Assembly (NCBI GenBank): GCA_964632315.1
Contig: CAZWEM010000007.1
Coordinates: forward strand, 59,971-123,970
DNA: 64,000 bases
Source of the DNA: an uncultured archaeon
GTDB lineage: Archaea; Asgardarchaeota; Lokiarchaeia; Sigyniarchaeales; SOKP01
Direction of reading: 5' to 3'
This document shows, in pieces, positions 59,698 to 64,000 of this stretch. How positions within the stretch are numbered: the stretch's first letter is position 1; every line of letters starts with the position of its first letter. Under the pieces are notes generated by a model. The model was not told the DNA's origin and searched no databases. It saw nothing but the letters and a program-made list of their open reading frames with translations. The position numbers and the translations under genes are program-made.

Positions 59698-60252
59698 ATG
59701 ATTTTATTTGATAAACTTAATAAACAAGAATTGAAGGAACTACTTCTTAAATGTTGGATGACTCATGACGGAGCATGGTTTTATAATGTTTATAAAAAAT
59801 ACGGAATTCAAGAAGCAAATAGGCTGAATAAGGGAGCAATTAAGAACTTGTCTAATATAGAAATGCAAAGAATTCAACATGCATCAGGAATGGAAAGTAG
59901 AGATATTAAAACCTTCGAGGATCTAAAACAGTTCATCGATAATGGATTTAGTATATTAAAAGGCGAGTTTATGAAGTTTGAATATACTTTTTCCAAACCC
60001 AACAAACTACACTGGGAAATGAACACCTGCTTTGCTTTTGAGGGAATGAAAATGATAGGAGTGAAACAAAGATACGAATGTGGGGTGATTTATCGCGTAT
60101 GTTGTTGGTTAGACGCATTAGAAATAAAGTATAATTTAAGTCCAGATCTAAAAAATTGTTTATTGTATTCTCAAAATAAATGCGAGGGAGATATATTAAT
60201 CGAAATTAAAAATAAATCAGAACTGGTGAAGAAATTCACTCAAAATGAGTAG
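59698..60252 (+). CDS. DUF6125-like protein with conserved Cys (V4R-like)
   Basis: WMTHDGAWF motif; C-terminal Cys residues. Confidence 0.65.
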   Translation: MILFDKLNKQELKELLLKCWMTHDGAWFYNVYKKYGIQEANRLNKGAIKNLSNIEMQRIQHASGMESRDIKTFEDLKQFIDNGFSILKGEFMKFEYTFSKPNKLHWEMNTCFAFEGMKMIGVKQRYECGVIYRVCCWLDALEIKYNLSPDLKNCLLYSQNKCEGDILIEIKNKSELVKKFTQNE

Positions 60253-60394
60253 AACCATTTCATAGAATTTTTTACTCTTAATTTGATTTTAATATGGTGA
60301 ATATAACTTTACTGCATATGCTCCTTCTATTCCACTTGAATCATATTTAGATAATAACTATGAATCGCAAATAGTAACTCTTTTTGATACTGAA

Positions 60395-61855
60395 TTGTTT
60401 AACGGATTATATGCAAAATACAATTTTACTGAAAGCAGTTACATTTACAATGCTAATTTTACCTACACTCTAATTGAAAGTAATACTTATCAGCAATCAT
60501 TAGGAGTGGAATATATGGGAATTTCCATGACATATAATTGGCTAGTAAATGCGAAGAATAGAATCATGCCAGGAGGTTCAATTTTTGGGGATGGTTATCA
60601 TACACCCATTTTCATATTTACTAACATCTCCTTGTCTGATATGATCCCTATTGCTGTTGATGGAGAAGGGGATCATATTTTTAACGTATCTAAAGAATTC
60701 CTTTACGATCTTCCGGGATTTGGTCCAGTAGCAGTGTGGCAACTCGAGGATCTGAATCAATCAGGAGGAATCGCATGGTATGAGCAAAGTACGGGAATTC
60801 TTTTGAATGGAACATTCTATTATAACGGAGGGAGTAGTTTTTATGAATTTGAATTCTTTGATACAAATGCAGAATTAACAATAATTGCACCAACTGATCC
60901 TTTCATCTTATCATCAACTGCAGATGTTCCGGACTATAATGGTAAGTTTAAATTAATGTGGACTGAATCTCAAAGAGCAGATAACTACACCATTTATCAA
61001 CATTCTCAGTTAATAAACATTATAAATGGTAGGATAACCATTTTAGACAATGAGATCGAAGACTTAAACTTGGAGCTGAGTGGTTATGAGAATGGGACTT
61101 ACTATTTTATTGTAGTTTCGCACAACCCTTATGGTGATCCTCTCTCTAATTGTATTCAAGTTAACGTTTCAATTCCAGAAATTCCTCCAGATCCGTTTAC
61201 TTTATCTTCAGATGCTGGAGATCCCGATAAGGATGGTGATTTTGTTCTTTCTTGGACCGAAGCATACCGGGCAGAGAATTATTCAGTGTATGTCTATTCA
61301 AGTTATATTATGGTAATTAATGGAAGCTTGACTTTAATAGCAGATGAAGTCGAAAATTTAAACTTGACATTGACGAATTATATAGATGGAACTTACTTCT
61401 TTATAATAGTTGCTCATAATTACTTTGGGGACACACCTTCTAATTGTTTGGAAATTATGGTAGAATACCCACCTCCTGGTGATTTCACATTAACTTCGAA
61501 TACAGGGAACCCAGATACTGATGGTAAATTTGATTTAATATGGTCAGCTTCTTCTGAAGCAATACATTATTCAGTCTATCGCTCATCTAATTTCATAACA
61601 GAAATTAATGGTACATTAACAATGTTAGGAGAAAGTACAACTGAATTACAAATGGCTATAAATGGATACGAGAATGGAGCGTATTATTTTGTTGTTGTTG
61701 CGCATAATGATAAAGGCGACACTCTCTCTGATTGTATACAAGTTACAGTACAAATTCCAGGGCAAAAACCTATAATTCCTGGCTATAACATTCTACTACT
61801 TATTTTAGCTTTAGGAGCAGTAAGTTTTTTAATACTAAAAAAAGACTTAAAATAG
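60395..61855 (+). CDS. Surface protein with three FN3-like repeats and a Loki-CTERM-like anchor (5' end uncertain)
   Basis: Three ~96-aa repeats; IPGY + TM + KK tail. Confidence 0.8.
   Translation: MFNGLYAKYNFTESSYIYNANFTYTLIESNTYQQSLGVEYMGISMTYNWLVNAKNRIMPGGSIFGDGYHTPIFIFTNISLSDMIPIAVDGEGDHIFNVSKEFLYDLPGFGPVAVWQLEDLNQSGGIAWYEQSTGILLNGTFYYNGGSSFYEFEFFDTNAELTIIAPTDPFILSSTADVPDYNGKFKLMWTESQRADNYTIYQHSQLINIINGRITILDNEIEDLNLELSGYENGTYYFIVVSHNPYGDPLSNCIQVNVSIPEIPPDPFTLSSDAGDPDKDGDFVLSWTEAYRAENYSVYVYSSYIMVINGSLTLIADEVENLNLTLTNYIDGTYFFIIVAHNYFGDTPSNCLEIMVEYPPPGDFTLTSNTGNPDTDGKFDLIWSASSEAIHYSVYRSSNFITEINGTLTMLGESTTELQMAINGYENGAYYFVVVAHNDKGDTLSDCIQVTVQIPGQKPIIPGYNILLLILALGAVSFLILKKDLK
60890..61757 (+). 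repeat. Three tandem ~96-aa domain repeats
   Basis: P..F.L.S....PD..G.F.L.W.....A..Y..Y ... G.Y.F.VV.HN..GD..S.C repeated, starting near 60890, 61184 and 61472. Confidence 0.85.
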
Positions 61856-61912
61856 TAACTTAATTCTATTTTTTTTATTTTAAATTTATTTTCCTAAGTT
61901 TATTTATTAAAA

Positions 61913-62296
61913 TCAATTTTGTGCTAATTCCTTTATCTTTTCAGCTAACTTCTGGAAGTCAAAGGGTTTTTCAATAAATTCATGGATCCCGCTGGAGAGT
62001 GCTTTTTTTTTAATGGATTGGTAAGCACTTATCATAATAATTTTATAAGAACTATCAATTTTTAGAATCATTTTCGAAGTCTCGATCCCATTAATTTTTG
62101 GCATGTGATAATCCATAACAATTACATCAGGTTTAATAATTGAATCTTTTAACATTTCTAAAGCTTCAATTCCGTTATTAGCCGTTCCAACAACATTTAA
62201 ACCTAAGAGATTAAAATGAAAAGAACATAACTTTAATAGATCTGGATCATCATCTACAATCAAAACTTTAATTATATTTTCATTGTTATTATCCAT
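61913..62296 (-). CDS. Stand-alone response regulator receiver (CheY-like)
   Basis: LIVDDD, MDYHMP, MISA, EKPF. Confidence 0.92.
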   Translation of the reverse strand: MDNNNENIIKVLIVDDDPDLLKLCSFHFNLLGLNVVGTANNGIEALEMLKDSIIKPDVIVMDYHMPKINGIETSKMILKIDSSYKIIMISAYQSIKKKALSSGIHEFIEKPFDFQKLAEKIKELAQN

Positions 62297-62469
62297 AATG
62301 CTAAATCTCTTTCAGATTTCATTTATAGCGATTATATTCCATACAAGTGGCCGAAAGTTCGGGATTTTTTAATTTATATTCTTTGTATTCTTTTTAGACA
62401 TCGCGTCTAAATTAGGAAAAGAACCATAATATTAAAATTTTTATACTCTAAATATAATTATTAGACATA

Positions 62470-63255
62470 TTGTATAATTATTATTCAATGATTTTTAATA
62501 TGAATTCAAAAGAACACCAAAACTTTAAAGAATTAACGAAAAAAGAAAGGCAAGTAATACGCAAAAAGAGTTTTATTTTAGAAGTAGCTAAGAAATTATT
62601 TTCCGAAAAAAGTTTCGAAGCGATAACAATGGAGGAAATAGCAGAATCAGCTGCTCTAAGTAGAGCAACTTTATATAATTATTTTAATGCAAAAGAAGAA
62701 ATATATTTCAATATTGCAATCGTGCAAATTGAAAAGTGGATTGAAGAATATCAATTATTTAATATAAGTAAATATAATGGGAAAGAGATAGCCTTACTTC
62801 TGACTGAAAATTTAATTGAAGGAATTTTAGAATTTCCAAATTATTCTAAACTATTACGAAGATTTTTTGATAGAAGTCATGAATTAAAGATTCCGATTGA
62901 AGAGATTTTCTATAATAGTATCTTAAAAAGAAAAATTGCTAAGGGAAAAAAAGAACCTATGAAGCAGAATTTTATTTTGTTTCAACTATTAGAATCTTAT
63001 ATAAAATATAGGCAAATTTGGCAGGATACAATAAGTAAAGGGATAGAAGATGGGTCAATTGTTTCCAAATCAAATCAATACCATCTTAATTTCATTATCA
63101 TCATGCTAGTACTAGGTTTTTTAGATCAAGTTGATTTTAGGCGCACTCTCATGGAGATTGTTAACATTCGGAATGATGATATAAAAAGCTTTCTTCTTCA
63201 ATTAGTCAATAAGATGCTTGAAGGAGATTTTCAGCCTAAAATATCTAATTTGTGA
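62470..63255 (+). CDS. TetR/AcrR family transcription regulator
   Basis: A.KLF.EKSF...TMEEIA....SRATLYNYF.AKEE. Confidence 0.92.
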   Translation: MYNYYSMIFNMNSKEHQNFKELTKKERQVIRKKSFILEVAKKLFSEKSFEAITMEEIAESAALSRATLYNYFNAKEEIYFNIAIVQIEKWIEEYQLFNISKYNGKEIALLLTENLIEGILEFPNYSKLLRRFFDRSHELKIPIEEIFYNSILKRKIAKGKKEPMKQNFILFQLLESYIKYRQIWQDTISKGIEDGSIVSKSNQYHLNFIIIMLVLGFLDQVDFRRTLMEIVNIRNDDIKSFLLQLVNKMLEGDFQPKISNL

Positions 63256-63338
63256 TTAAATTTCAAAAATAATAATGTAGTCAGAAATATTAAATTTAAT
63301 AACCACCTTGACAAAAATAATATAGGTGGTGTCACTCT

Positions 63339-64000
63339 TTGTCAAACACAAAATTCAATGATTCCCTCCCTATCGAAGAACTCTCCTTTCTAAAGGATAT
63401 AGAAGGATTAAGTAGAGAAATTTTAGAAGAGAAGGATATTTTATTTGAAAAAAAGCCCTTTATTGATGTTGAGGGCCATCAAGTTTTAGAAACATATTAT
63501 ATGAGAGGTTATGTTGTTGAGGATGGTCACATTATAAGATTGAGTTTGAGAACCTATTTTCAACTTGGTGGTCATAAAACTGAATTCATTGGAGAACCAC
63601 TACCAGAACTCCCTCTATCGATTAGCAATCTGAAAGAACTCAAATACTTAGATCTCGCTGGAAATATAATTTCAAAAGAGATTTTATCATTTATATTCAA
63701 TTTAACCAAACTCGATTCGCTTTTTCTCAACGGAAATACACTACCTTCGTTGGATCCCTCAATAGGGAGATTAACAAACCTTAGAAGGCTATTTTTATCA
63801 GGAAATCAAATAGAACAACTTCCAGAGTCGATAGGCAATTTAGTCAATTTAGTTGAATTAAATTTAAGAGGAAATCTTCTTATTTCACTTCCAGAATCAA
63901 TTGGGAATCTAAAATTGCTCGAAAGATTAGAGTTGATGTATAATCGCCTACAATCTCTTCCAATATCATTTTGTAATCTTAAACGGATGAAATATTTAAA
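63339..64000 (+). CDS. Leucine-rich repeat protein, truncated by the window end (not in the ORF track)
   Basis: Open frame from TTG 63339 after GGTGGT; repeats such as LPESIGNLVNLVELNLRGN and LPESIGNLKLLERLEL. Confidence 0.88.
   Translation, partial: MSNTKFNDSLPIEELSFLKDIEGLSREILEEKDILFEKKPFIDVEGHQVLETYYMRGYVVEDGHIIRLSLRTYFQLGGHKTEFIGEPLPELPLSISNLKELKYLDLAGNIISKEILSFIFNLTKLDSLFLNGNTLPSLDPSIGRLTNLRRLFLSGNQIEQLPESIGNLVNLVELNLRGNLLISLPESIGNLKLLERLELMYNRLQSLPISFCNLKRMKYL

Noticed and set aside
2749-61316. Many short antisense or alternate-frame ORFs (e.g. 4016-4414, 8151-8528, 15507-16016, 33347-33814, 59038-59418)
   Set aside because: They lie within well-supported genes, have no motifs, and look like shadow ORFs
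1-64000. tRNA/rRNA genes, IS elements, integrases, proviral genes
   Set aside because: No GC-rich structured RNA-like segment and no transposase, integrase or capsid motifs were recognised by eye; tRNAscan and Infernal were not run

Overview
Low-GC (roughly 30% by eye), gene-dense archaeal chromosomal segment, most consistent with an Asgard archaeon of the Lokiarchaeia. The evidence for this is inference from Loki-CTERM-like IPG(F/Y)-TM tails, longin-wHTH proteins, Cdc48 with a HbYX tail, an LRR protein and GGTG/GAGG Shine-Dalgarno sites. No rRNA, tRNA, CRISPR array or mobile element was recognised. Most genes are metabolic or accessory: GDH, IorAB, MalQ, acyl-CoA dehydrogenase, ornithine decarboxylase, racemase, MFS transporters and two-component proteins. 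The most striking locus is 5.7-14.0 kb. It holds a minus-strand operon encoding a winged-HTH::HdrA::MvhD fusion whose HdrA part has lost the CVGSR...CSxxCC cluster ligands, an MvhG-like small subunit, a [NiFe] large subunit ending exactly at DPCxxCxxH with no maturation tail, and a longin/uDENN-like protein; no hdrBC is present. This operon is transcribed divergently, across repeated TGTTGTCAA boxes, from two genes that share an uncharacterised TraB/ChaN-like domain, the second fused to an MtdB-type methylene-H4MPT dehydrogenase. I interpret this as a candidate H2/redox-sensing transcriptional complex linked to C1 metabolism (hypothesis). Also notable are a Staygreen homologue near a heliorhodopsin, a SIR2-TPR protein, a 1925-aa receptor-like surface protein with a cytoplasmic longin-wHTH module, a REC-Lrp hybrid, a truncated pelota/eRF1-like gene coupled to iorAB, an in-frame amber codon upstream of tauE, and several ORFs missing from the supplied track.
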